Part shown: positions 39,379 to 52,684 of the stretch, in pieces
Layout: each line of letters begins with the position of its first letter
How positions within the stretch are numbered: the first letter of the stretch is position 1
Origin: Auanema rhodensis
Taxonomy: Eukaryota; Animalia; Nematoda
Length of the DNA: 64,000 bases
Assembly (NCBI GenBank): GCA_964057225.1
Contig: OZ059896.1
Span: forward strand, 10,168,001-10,232,000
Direction: 5' to 3'
Notes under the pieces: generated by a model
Told to the model about the DNA's origin: nothing
What the model saw: only the letters and a program-made list of their open reading frames with translations
Database searches by the model: none
Made by a program: the position numbers and the translations under genes

Positions 39379-42300
39379 TTAAGCACGCTTGGACTTCTTG
39401 CGGAAATAACAGCAAACCATGCACTGAAAAAAATGAAAATTGAATGATTTGTAGGAAAAAAGTAGTTTTTTTCTGAATTTTCTTGTCCACATGTTTTTTC
39501 TGTGTTTGTGAAGATCATTTAAAAGCTGTCAGAATGTAACCGGCCACCCTAAGATGAGCACATGTTCGTAGAACACAGTATGACTGTTCGTATATGCTAT
39601 TCGATGCACTCGTTTTTTGGACTGGTTTTTATGTAGATATTGGGTATGTATTGATGAACAAGATTGCGAAGTTGAGGAAAGGGGAGAGAGGAAAGCGATT
39701 ATAACGATGCTGCTCTATTTTCCTTATATAATAAACTCAAATACTAAAAAAAGAGAGAAAGAGATGGAGATAGAGAGAAAGAAAGGGCAAAAGCGAAAAT
39801 GAAAGAGATCGGAGAAACTGGAGATAATAAGGTATTACGCCAGTGAAGAAATAAGAGTAGGAAGAACAAAAAATGTTGAAATAATGGGTTGTGTGACGAA
39901 CTGTGGAGATTGCATTTTCCTTTTATGTTTTGGCGAAGCTTCAGGTGAGCTAAGAAGTCTTGTTTGCCCTACGCCGCTAGTCCGTCAAGACCATTCAACA
40001 CTAAGTTTGGAAGAGAAAAAAAGATTGTGAATGAGGAATACATGAAAGAACAAGCGTTATATATAAAAAGATGAACAAAAAACGAAGATGACATGGGCTG
40101 TGACGATTGTCCGTTAAATTTGATTTCTGGTGGTCCGAACAAAACAGCATTGTATTTTTTGAATTCAACGTTTTTCGGCGATATACAGCAGAAAGAAAGG
40201 TGCAAAAAACAGAACGTTAAACCAGAAGTATAGAGTATCCAATTAGAAAAATATGTCTTTAAAAAGATATTTATTTATTTTACCTGATTTCCATTGTTTT
40301 GTCCTACTTGACAGACAGATTGTCCAGGGCATTGGTAATTTTGGTTGCATGATCCAATTTGAACACCTCCAGTACATCCACAAGCACTGTTTTGTGGAGC
40401 CTGCAGAAGCATGCATGATTGAAACTGTACTTGTTAACGATATACCTGAGTGCTAACATATGGAGCAGGGGTTGGGAGATTTCCTGGAGTTCCTTGAGTA
40501 TCCCACACGCAAACTTGAGCTTGGACATCGAATACGGTAGCTGGAGCACATGGCATGCGTTGCCAGCGTCCGCAGAAGAGATTGTTTGGAGCTGGTTGGC
40601 ATTGAAGGTAGTGAGAACGAGATTGGGGATCAACAGCTAATGGATCAACCATCCATGAGCAGATTCCTTGATATTGTGCGTTCTGAACACCTTGTCCTTG
40701 TACTACAAATATAAAACGTGTTATTTGAATGAGACGCGTGAAACAATACCAAGGGGGCAAGCTTGTGGCTGAACAACAGCTGGTTGTTGCTGTGGGCAGT
40801 ATTGTTGCTGTGTGGTGGTGGTCTGGCAGTTCTTAAAATATATTCATGAGAATCTTCCGGAAGAGTGGATTAATTACAATCTGAGGAGGAGCTTGTTGAC
40901 ACTGGCATGGCTGGGAAGCTTGAGTTTGAGTGTTGCAACATTGGGTAGATGCAAGGACCTGCTCGTTCTGAGAGTTCGTAGTAACACAGGTACAAGCTGG
41001 CTGAGCAGATGGGCAAGGACAAGACTGATATTGAGAGAATTGGATTCTCTGAAAAAAAAGTATTTTTGAATGAAATTTGCATCGAGATTCTTACAGTTGT
41101 AGTAGCCTGTGGAGAGCGACGAACTTTTCCTGAGTTGATAGGGATGTTCACTGGCTCAAGAATTTCTGGTGAGGGGCAAACACAGTTGCTTTCACCATTT
41201 GGACAGGCACATTGACGAGGAGCTTCACGAATTTCTTCTACGAGAAACTGAACAGAAAATATTATATGTATAGTTAGAAGATCATATTAACCTGTGTAGC
41301 ACGATTCTCACTAGGACAGAACTGGTAGCTGGTTGCATTTCCGGAGTCGCAAAGTTCTTGTTGACGATTAACGGAACGAATGGTTTTGCAGCGACGGGAT
41401 GAGGCAACGAATTCATATCCAGGAAGGCATTCACGAAGAAGCCAAATACCAAGATCTTTTCTGTAGAATGTATAAGATTAGAAAGATCAGAAAGAAGTGA
41501 AAACAAAATTTAAAATAAAGTTAGTAAGAATTGGATGGCTATTTTTTTGGCTACTAGTTTTGTGTTATTTGAGTTTGCTGTCCGCAGTCTTTGAGCACTT
41601 CTAATATCCAACTAGTTTTGCTATTTGGCGAAAAGTTTTAAAACATTATTTTGAAAATCAAATTTAGCAAAATTAATTGTTTGCCCTAATTGGCTAAAAA
41701 AACGCAATCGAAGGTACGATCATATTTCTTGTTCAGAGCTGTTGCAGCAGAAACGTTTCTGTTCGTTCTCTCTTTGCTTTTTTCGGAAAACAACTGTTCT
41801 AAGCTAGTCTTAACCACATAAAGTCATCGCCGATTGTGTTTTGGAGGCGAAAGACATGGGCGGATAAGAACAAAATAAGATGAAAAACGAGAAGAAAGCA
41901 GCTGATTTCTATCCATTAAAACACTTTTACATGTTTCTCTTATTCCGTAGAATATATTGGTGATCTTTGAGCGCGAACTATCGTGAGCAATCAAACTAAA
42001 AGGACAAAATGCTAAGGTCCTTCATTTTGATCAGATCATGAAGCTCTTTAAAATTTCAACAAAGCATCTGTGAGCAGCAATAAGGGCTCGTGGTCATTGT
42101 CAGATAAGTGTACTCAATTAGCTTTTCTCAGATTATATACGTGGCTGCGCAATGATTGAACGATACTATGATCTTCTTGAATTTGTTTGATCTTCATCTT
42201 GTATGATCCATCATCAATTGCATTAAATTTCACCCCGAACCCTTATTTATATCTTGAAATCTGTTCTGAAGCATCATTCTTACATGAAGGGTACTCATCG

Positions 42301-43006
42301 AAAAAATAAAAAAATATCTAAGAAGAATGATAAAAATAAAACAAAGATGATGCTCATAACAAAGTAAAAAAAGCTCGATGCTGCGATATTTTGTTGTGTA
42401 TAAAGCAAAAAAATGAGTAATGCATAGTGAACTGGTCAAATGACCACACTTTTCAAAGTTTGAACTTCTTTTGACAAGAAATACAGGAACAAGGGCAGTG
42501 TTTGTTTAACTTCTAGTTAGTTACGTAGATAGTTTTTGGAATTCAGTTGTCAACATAAACTGTTCAAAATGGGTTTTGTATAAGAACAAAAAGAAATTCA
42601 CACTCAAAAAATCATTTGCTATCCCACCCGGATATTTATGTAATTTTAATATATAAGTATAGTTAAAGATGAGAATATATACTATATGTTTTACCTGTCA
42701 GCAGCAAAACTGCTTTGACGAACACATTCAACATAACGATGTGGGTCACCAGTAGCTCTAGGGAAAGAAGGCAGTTGACAGATATCACCAAGAATGGCTC
42801 TCCAGTATTGCGGTGTTTCTTCACCAGACTTAGTATCATCAGCTAGACTCACGGCTAAAATGTTGAGAATAGAATTTTTTGTATAAATAATAATAATTGG
42901 TGTTCTCATACAATTAAAATAAATTAGTAATTATACTAAATAATAATAAATATTTACCTGTAGTGCAGGCAAGTGCCATAAGAAACAAAGCGCTCGATTT
43001 GCTCAT
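39379..43006 (-). CDS. pqn-74: Secreted Cys/Gln-rich protein with chitin-binding type-2 (peritrophin-A)-like domains, 9 exons
   Basis: Exons about 43006-42958, 42854-42695, 41460-41291, 41247-41095, 41047-40877, 40831-40750, 40702-40446, 40400-40284 and 39423-39379. Signal peptide MSKSSALFLMALACTTAVSLA; GDPHRYVEC..WLLRECLPGYEF..C; DPQSRSHYLQC..WQRMPCAPATVFDVQAQVC; ends CMVCCYFRKKSKRA*. The symbol is tentative, from recalled domain content and adjacency to fat-2 in C. elegans. Confidence 0.75.
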
Positions 43007-46000
43007 CTTTGTCGATTGTAAGATATTTAAAATGACTACAAATGAATGTGATAGATATTCGCTGGCTCTAGAAATAAAAGAATACTTCTTCCAATTGGTG
43101 TAAATGATCAAATTATAAGAATACAGTTGTAACAAAGAGTGAAAAACAATAGACTATTTTGCCGATATCAATGAAATTAGTAAAAACGTTCGTATGCTGC
43201 TTCTGCTGTAGGCTAGATGCTGCTAATGCCTTACCTGTGCTCTCAACTGTAGCTTTATATGCTCGGCTGAAGTTAGACCGGATCATCTTCCTCGTCCAAC
43301 CCTCTAGGTTGCTCCTCCCACAAACTTTCAACTACCACCCCCCCTCCATCTTCTCTCCTCCAGGTGCGGCGCCTCTATTCAAGTCTTATGCAAGTCTATC
43401 ACCTCCATGTCCTCTGTCGTTTACTCAATCTCTCTATTCAATTCTTTCAAGCCACTATATCTGCGTCTCATCAGTGCGCTAGTAGTCTCCAGCTGTTGTT
43501 TGCTTCTTTTAGTCTCTTATTTTCTCAATAGTCATTCTGGTGCATTCTTTATCGTTTTTCTACATGATCAAGCATCTGACGATAGCCTGCCTACTGCTTC
43601 AGACGTCTGAACCCTCATAATCTTCACAGGCTATCTAAATTCGGGCTCGTGCTTCAACCGTGCCTTTTGTTCTTCCACTCAAACTTTTTCTGTTAAAGAA
43701 AACCACGATCCTAAAATGGTTTCATGGCTTGAACAGATTGGTTTTTCAATGGTCTCATGAATTCTAGTCAAGCATTGTTTGTTTAAACACAAAAGAACAG
43801 AATAAAAATAGGATATTGTAAATTATATAACGATAATAAGATAATTCAATAAATTACTTTACATTCCATTCCAACATAATGATAAAACAGTGTTATCCGG
43901 GGATTATTGATGTTCACTTTTGTCATTTTCCAATACTCCACTTGTTCTCAAAGCTCTCATCAAGTCTTCCGGCTTGTTACCGTTTTCTTAGGATCACAAC
44001 AACTAGCATTTTACGTACTGCAAGTCCAGTCAGATATTCTTTATGAGTGTTCTTCGTTCTAGTCTATTCAGTTGAACCTGATTTCAACACTTTAGTAAGA
44101 AAAACGGATTGTTGTCACATAATTTACGGGAGAAGAGGGAAAAAGTTTTTTAAGCTGACTGGCAATGACAGGCCAAAGAGATATTCAAAGAGATATTCTT
44201 GAAGTACTTTCTCGTTAACGACATCTCAACTAATTTCAAACCTATTATCCATTTTTCACCTTACACTTTTACAGATTTGTTTAACTTCTTACTCCAACCT
44301 TCTCGAGCTTGCAGATTCGAAATGCTGTAAGATACTCCAGAATACCGTATAACTCTTGTAACTCTCATTAGGATTTTACTATATACCAACTCACAGGTAA
44401 ACTTGAAGATAATTAACGCAGATGGAATACTCTTGAACACTTCAGAATATAACGAAAATTTACGGAAGGCACTTAAAGTTGCTAACTATCTGTAACATTG
44501 TAGTATGTTTTGAAAAAATTGCAAAACTCTATGAAATTTACGTAAAGGAATTGTATTATTTCTCATGAAAAATTATCAAATACGAGAAAGACCTTAGCAG
44601 ATGATAGATCCTGTCTGCGAATTTTAATCAGCATGACAAACATCACTTAAGCAGCTGAATTGTGCTGATTTCATACGTTACCTTGAAACATTTCCCGTTT
44701 TCCGTTTCCACATTAGCTTTTCGACGGTCAAGTCAATCTGTCTGATGCCCAGTTCTAGCTTCTCATGGAGCCATCATCACATAAACACACATGCCGTTTT
44801 TAATAAACTCTGATTAGCCATAACGTATGAGCTTTTCCCGCTTCCGAATTTTTATTTTATGTATAATCAACCTAGAAACAAACTAGAAATAACAAATAGT
44901 TGATGCTGGTATTTATTTTTTTAAGTGAAAATATGAGTCATCATCCCTCTTTACGTCAAAAACGAGATTAAAATATTGTCTTGTTTTCTGAGTCTGAACA
45001 AATTCAGCTACAATTATCTCATAAAAACACTGAAAATATTTTCTGAAACCTGAAAATTACATGAACGATGATGAGCTTCTCTTTATCTTCCTTTTTTCTA
45101 TTCCACTCGTCTCCACAGTTCGAATTCTATATTTGGCTGGACGCTTGCCCTTTTTTCGCGCTCAAGCTCATTCTTGTCGACATAGGAAAAGCTTGTGAAC
45201 GACCGGCTCAACTCTTAGGTGCTCAGTAGAAATCGCTCCGTTTTCCCCTCTCTCTGCCGTACAGTATATTTCTTGCACTATTCATATGATCTCTCTCGAG
45301 CTCGCTCTCTATTCGAAATCCATGGTTCTATCTCTTTCTCGTTGTTAGTTGTCGCTAGCTCTAGGTGGTTGACCAGCAAATGCTTGTTTATTTCTCTGAT
45401 GTTGTCATCGCATGCATTGCACACTCTTATCTAGAGTATTCATCTGCTCTTCCGTCGACAAGATTTCAGTATCTCATTGTCCAAGGGGAAGGGCAAAGAG
45501 CTCCTGCTTGAGCAATGGACAGGATATCTTTCATGTTTCAATTTTCTCGAATCATTTGACGGAGAGAAGTGGGAGATGACTAAGCACAGCAAAGAAGATG
45601 AAGATGATGAAAACAAGTGGAAATAAGAGGATTAACAACCTCGATTGCATGTTTCAAGCTCTCCGATTCATTGAAACTAAGAATTGCTCTATAACAAAGG
45701 AAGTTTGGGACTATATCATGAAACCGGAAAGAAAAATAAACCAAGGTGGATCATCCGCAATTTAATAACGAAAGACACTCCGACTTTCAATATTTATGAT
45801 CGGAAAATACGTTCCTAGATTGTTCAGAGGACTGTTTCGTTGTCTTACAAATATCATTCGTGGCGATAAGAGCGATGACCTCTGGTCAACAGAAACCACA
45901 AGGCTTATCACTTGACCAAATAAAACAGAATCTGGAATGAAGTGCTGCTCGTTTCCAGAGTCTTACTAATCCCGTTGTTAAATGCTCTTTCAAATCCTGA

Positions 46001-46661
46001 AGACAAGATGTGAAAGTGAAAAGTGGAACAAAAGAATGAGCCCTTATGAATATATTTCTAATCTTCAAATGCATATCATCTCTCGTAAAGTACCATTCCA
46101 TGTTTTTCAAAAAATGATCAATGTACATTCAACCGTAACATTCATTTTCTTTTCCGTTCGTTGTGGTCAACCTCTTATTCGTTCATTTTTTCTGCAACAG
46201 TTCAAGAAATAAGAGGCTCTTTTGAAATATAACGGATAGGAACGTGCGGAATGTCCTTCCCAAACTAGAAACTAATCCTTGTCTTCCGGCACATTGCTCT
46301 TTGAGACATGACTAAACAAGAAAGAATCGTTTGAAACAGCTGACAAAGTCCATGAACAACTCAGCACTCTTTCAAGAAAAGCATCATAACTTATGACGCA
46401 CTTATAAGCAGAAGAGCAAATCTTATAAAACAAGGAAACGTAATTTTTTTTTATTTAACTTCAAATTGTTAGAATAGTGCAAACGATTACTCTAAGATTT
46501 GATTTTATCGTTTAAACGATCACTACCCGAGGGATGACATAAGCATGATCATAAACATGATCATAAACATGAAAACAAAATGAACATCATAACAGTAAAA
46601 CTAAACAATGTGAAAAACATGCGATGAAAATATGAGAAAGAGAAATACTGATATGAAATTC

Positions 46662-49357
46662 TTAATTTGCCTTCTGAGCAGCTTCAACTCCAACACGGTA
46701 TTGTAAAACTCCCTTGCTTTTGTGAATGAGATAATCCAAGTTGAGGTTGTATTTGAAATATTTGATCAAGAAATCATAGTTTGTCTCGTATTTATATGCA
46801 TATGGAGTATTCTTTAAGGGTTCAAGAACCTGAAGTAAAAATATTTTTCAATTTGAATACATTTTAAACAATGTATTTACCTTTTTGATACTCTCTCTAG
46901 CCTTCAAGAGGTTATAGTGAGGAATTTTGGTGAAGAAGAAGTGATGAGCAACATGGCCATCAGTAATATGATGCATGATGGTGTCAAGACCGAAACCCCA
47001 ATATCTGTCAATAGTTTGGGTCTGTCCACGAACAAAGGACCATTCATCATTCTCATAGACCTTGAAACAAATTTGTTAATTAGAATTCAACATCATTGAA
47101 ACCTCAATTTGATCGTTTTGATGTTGGAGATAAGTAATCATAACCATGAACAATCCTTGGAAAAGGAGAGGAATGTAATAGTACTTGACCCAGTTGTACA
47201 CAGAATATCCAGCAAATACAAAAGCAATGTAAGCACAGATACCACAGCAAACTCCAGAGACGACGCATTTAATGCGGTCAGTGTTGTTATTGAAAAGCTT
47301 AGACCAGGGCCAGAAGTGAGATCCGTCAGGTAATCCAACAACGGTGTAAATTGGATTCCATCTAAATAAAAACAATATTATACAATATTTAATTTAAAAT
47401 CAAATGACTATGAAGCAAAATTCAGATATGAACATTCCTGTATAACCATATTTTAATAATTTTCTATTTCCCCTTTCATTATTCTCTCGGAAATATTAAA
47501 ACACAACGCAATACTGGTCTTCTATAAGTAGCACTCTTATCTATCAATCATACAGCCTATTGTTCCTTTGTAACAAAACTGTCCGTACATTGTTCCCCTT
47601 ATCAGTTTATCCCCCCTTTACCACTAAAACAGAACCATAATGAAGGAAGAATATCAGCTGCGATAAGACTTTTAAAAAAAACGAAATATATCAAAAGACA
47701 CGTATAACTGATAAACTAAGAACAACATACCTCAACCATCCGGACAAAGGGAAGGCAGCGAAATACTTTTCAATTGTAGTTCTAGCGTCAAAATCTTCTT
47801 TTGTTACCCATGGATGTCCCATATCCTTGGTTAAATGAGAAGTATACTAAAATTAATCTTTTTTTAAATCGCTATAGAATATAGTTTTACCTGGTGATGT
47901 TGACGATGACTTCTCTGCCATGGCCAATATGGAGCGAGGATAGGAGCATGAGCAATATGTCCACAAAGATCATTCAACCATTCATATTCGGAGAAAGATC
48001 CATGTCCGCAATCATGCCCAACAATGAAGAGAGCGCTACCAACAACTCCAAAGACCCAATACCTTAAATAATTAAAAGATAATATTAATATATCAACATC
48101 TATGATATTTATTAAAATAGAAAAGAAAAGTTTTCAATTTTAAATCTAAAATTACCAAGCGAAAAGTCCCAAGAATCCAGTATATTTTTCAATTGTTGGA
48201 AGGCATAAATACATCACAGCCAAAATAGCCAAATCCTTAAAACAAAATGTTTAATACATTGGTCTATTTTTATTTTTTAAACCTGAATTAAATATCTTAT
48301 TGACTTCAATGCATCCTTTTCAAAGCATTCAGCTGGAATAGCCTTACGAATCTCATCAACCGTTGGTAGCTTTGGTACCTCCTGTAAAAATTACTCGCTT
48401 ATTTAATCAGTTATTTAATATAACAATCATATATATCTACCCAAAAGATATTTTCATTTATACAAACTTAGAAAAGTAGGGTCATAATATTATTCTATTT
48501 TTTCTTCTTTGTTAATGAATGGTTGTTTGCAAGCAAAGATTGTAAAATTCTAAATGAAAATTTGTTATTTTCTAAAGAATACAACTTTGAAATCAGGTTC
48601 ATACGGTGAAAGGTAGGATTACCAAGTTTTAAAGCATTCTTACCGCTTTGTTTTAAGAATACTAAAAATCTTTTTGATGTTGTTTTGTATACAACTAGCT
48701 TTGAACAGTTCATTGCGTACGAAACTACATTCCTGAACGATGAGTGAAAGGTTGGTATGAGAATGCAAGTTTTCACTGAACATTCTGTAAATAGGCATGA
48801 GCACAATAACCAGCCGATAAACAGTTAAAATAGAAAAGAGTTGATTGATTTAAAGAAACCTTTTCTTTTCGAAGAAAAAATAGAATAACAGAAACCCTTT
48901 ACGACATAACTTCAAAAATTAAACCATTTTAGGAGGGACAGAACTGCTTTTTTTTCATTATGTCCAAAGTATTCTCCCTATTTCCTCAAAATAACTATTT
49001 TGTAAAAATGGTCGTATTGCAATAATATGCTTCAAACATATCGAGCAAATATTCCACCTCAAAAAACGAATGAAAGAACTGATCCGATGTTGACGCAGAA
49101 ATGGCGCGATCAGTTGAATTTGCTGTGTGTACTTCAATGGCGAAAGAAGCGAAATGAACAGTACGGAAGAGAAATTTAAGAACGAGTCCGTCAACTTCGT
49201 GTAAACTTCGAAATGGTTGATAAAGAGCAAGTTAAATTTAAACAGTTTTGGGCACATATAAAAAAAAGAAACTACTAAGTTTACTACCCATGATAAAACT
49301 TACAGCTCTCTGAAGAGATTGGCCCTTTTTATGGTTCATTTTAGTAGCCACAGTCAT
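46662..49357 (-). CDS. fat-2: Delta-12 fatty acid desaturase
   Basis: Starts MTVATK; His boxes HDCGH, HRQHH and HVAHH; [20 protein letters not shown]; ends [16 protein letters not shown]. These match FAT-2 rather than FAT-1 (HDCLH, HKLHH) as recalled. Confidence 0.92.
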
Positions 49358-49955
49358 CTTCTAAAATGGAATATACATGCAACATCTATTTAACATGGAA
49401 ACTTGAAAAATTAATATTCATTATATAAAGTAGAAATGATTGAGCGTCTAACTCAAAATGATTTATGCAATGATTATATAAAAATCATTTATCTTTGTTA
49501 TATAGAAGGATTATAAATTTTTACAAACATCGAAGGTAAAATAAAAGAAGAGACTGCTCTCACTGGAGTACACGGCTGCGACGAATGTCTAGATCCTATC
49601 ACTCGCTTTAGGACCGCGATGTGGGCAGAACGAGAACTTTGCCCTGCACAGATCACGCCATTTTCTCTTCGTACGATGTAGGCGCGGATGGGAGGACAAA
49701 CGCTCTGGTACATTGTGCCTATTTTAAGCCGAACAAGCGATTTCAACTACACAACGTATCATATCGAGCAAATTTTTTTTATTATAAACTGAAGTAACCA
49801 ACAACTTATCGTGCACTCAACATTCCGAATAATATTAAAAACAATTTCAACCGAAATTAAAATATCTACCAGTTTAAAAATGAACAACTGAGAACTTATA
49901 CAATAACGGTTATGATATTATTTTTAATAAAATCTTAAATCTTAGCAACGCCTAG

Positions 49956-51658
49956 TCAGGCGATGAAATGCCATTTATCGACGTCGGTAGGGAGTTCCGA
50001 GGCGGCAGCAAAAGCAGCAGCAGAGTTAACGACTCCATCAGCAGCTTCGTTAGTTATGAGATGAGAAGCTCCTTCAACACGGCATTCCCTTAAATATATA
50101 AGTTACTTAAGAAAACAAAAACAATCTAACGTGTTCAATTTTGGAGAGGCTTCCTTGATAAGGGTCTTCCAGAAACCGTTGGTTTCATCAATAACCTTTT
50201 GGGCAAAAGCAGCATCTTTGTATTCTCCGTTGAAAGCAAACTCGTTGGCAGGCTTTCCAGCGGGGATTTTGTAAATGCGGAACCATTCAACTGTGGCTTT
50301 CAAGAGTCCTGGGAAATGTTTCTCAACATCGTTGATATCGTTAATTTGGTTAGCAACTGGGTCATTAACATCAATAGCAACAAGCTTCCAATCAGTTTCG
50401 CCTTCATCAATCAAAGCGAGAGTTCCAACAACTTTAACCTTGAAAATAAGAAGAAATTACGAAGAAATAATTAATTTATATTACTTGCACAACAGCTCCA
50501 CGCTTTTGAACTTTAGATCCAATCTCAACAACATCAATTGGGTCATTATCTCCTTTAGCTCCAGTTTCGGGAACAATGTGGTTAGGATCTTCCCAAGTCT
50601 AATAAACAATAATACTATACTATAAGGAAGAGACAACACCTGAGGAAGAGCTCCATAGTTCCAAATATATCCCTTATGAGGGAAAATATTATGAACGAAA
50701 CGAGGAACTCCTTTCTTCTCGTCCTGCTTGATAGGACTAAGAGGTTCTTTAGTAGCCATCTAAGATAGGAAATATTCAATTTTTTTTGAAATTTACAACT
50801 ACCTCCATTTTGGCATTAGTCCAGCGAGGAATTTCGACAATCATATTAAATATTTTCTTACTTTCATCGGCATATAGGGGAATATCGTGCCATGGAGAAA
50901 CAATGCCGTTAGGGCCCTCTGTTAAAATCATTAAGTTCAGATTTAGCATTATATACACTCACTAATAAATACACGGTAATCAAGAGAATAGAGAGATCCA
51001 CGCTCAACTGTTTCATATTTCACTGGTTCAGCGGACATTTTGTTGCTTGTGTGAATACTAGCAGCGGCTACCACAGATTTCGGTTCAGACCTTGAAATGA
51101 AATGTGTATTAAGAACAAATATGTATATTTAAAAATTTGATAAAAACTAAAATTTAAAATGTTAAAGGGAAATTGTAATAGTTAATTATGAGTGGAAAAA
51201 GCTCATAAGAGCAAATTTTTGAAGTATTAGTAGAGCACCAAAAATTCCATTTTTGAGCAAGCCCACAAAACAACCACATTAGATGTGCACAACTTGGAAT
51301 ACCGTCAGTTTCCGACCAATCGTTAGCTCAATTAAATCCAGAATGAGATGAGATAAGCGCGCAAAGAGCATTAAGATAGATTTATAGGGAAGCGGGAAAC
51401 TAAAAAAAATCCTCGGGGAAGTGGCATATGCTCGGGAAGGAAATTACTAATGGCTGATCTGTTGATCCTACATTCATTAGATCAAGGATTGAATGCTAAC
51501 CTTTGTTGTGAGGCACTCTTCTGAGATCGAAACATATTTGATACTGAACCTATGGAAGTTGAGGCACGATTGACTGCGAATGTTCGAAATGACTGGCTAA
51601 CGGAAGACTGGGAAGAAGCCGCACACCCCATAAAGAATGCTACCCGTGATGTCAACAT
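49956..51658 (-). CDS. pyp-1: Inorganic pyrophosphatase (family I), long and short isoforms
   Basis: [78 protein letters not shown]. Upstream exon starts at ATG 51658; a second in-frame ATG is at 51038. Confidence 0.95.
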
Positions 51659-51727
51659 CTGGATGTCCAAAAAGATTATCTTCAAAGCGAAAACATTTCC
51701 ATAGCAACCATTTCACAAAATGTATTA

Positions 51728-51761
<34 letters not shown>

Positions 51762-52684
51762 TTTTAAATAGCTCACACATATAAAATTTTTTAGATATTA
51801 AAGAATAATACCTTGAGATTATAGATAAATATAAAAGTGACACACAGAATAGAAAAATCATACAGGCAGCTCGGAATTGTTGAAATAATGTTAGCCCATT
51901 ACGCCGCTGATCGGAAACCCGCATAACATAGAACGCAAACTAACGAACTGCGACCAACCGTATTGATAACAACATACTCTCAAATACTTCATATCTATGC
52001 ACAACAATAATTATAAAAATGAAGTTTTATATATTCAATATTTTTAGAATCTTTGAAAGAATTCAAATTAATGACATAGAAAGGGGAATGGTCTCGTAGC
52101 GAATACTTAATAAGAGAAGATCTAGAACATTCATCAGATGAATTATTTCACGTTGGATAAAATACGCAATCAAACCGTATTTTATACTCAATTGGAAAAA
52201 ATATTGCCAGAAAATTGAATAATATTAGGAATATATTACGAAAGATAAATAGTGCCGTGACACGTATGTGAACTATATCATACAGGCCTTCGAACAAAGC
52301 TACCCAAATTACACTTCACGCCCCGAGTTTATCAGTACAGAAAAAACGATATTCAAGATAGTAGCTAAGTATCGATTGTCGTGAAGGTCGTCATTACTCT
52401 GCAAGGACTTCCTGCTCGTCCACGAACTGTATTTCGAAGAAAACCTAATGATGAATTGCTTTCGATTAGCAACCGACAGATTAAAACAGTTGGAGTAGAA
52501 TTTAATCATTTTAATACTCCGGAAGATAATGAACAATCTCTTTAGAAAACTAATATTTTTTGAAATATACAATAACAACAAATTTCCATATTATATTGAA
52601 GGAAAGGTTACCCGTGTGCAGTTGAGAAACTATTTGAAATTTAAGAAAGTTATAAAATCTCTGGAAAACATTGAACATCGAAAA

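Larger units (their letters stand above)
20186..40890. repeat. Tandem segmental triplication (units 20186-31454, 31468-35424, 35438-40890)
   Basis: Each unit runs from exon 2 of the three-finger gene, through a chemoreceptor, to the 3' half of the chitin-binding gene. The same novel junction GAGGAGG-ATTTATATATATA-GATAAATGGACTGAT occurs at 31448-31482 and 35418-35452. Confidence 0.92.

Noticed and set aside
43880-44420. Possible small minus-strand gene (e.g. ENGNKPEDLMRALRTSGVLENDKSEHQ*)
   Set aside because: Could not build a stop-free spliced model.
46662-49357. fat-1 (omega-3 desaturase) as the identity of the desaturase
   Set aside because: Diagnostic residues and both termini match FAT-2 better.
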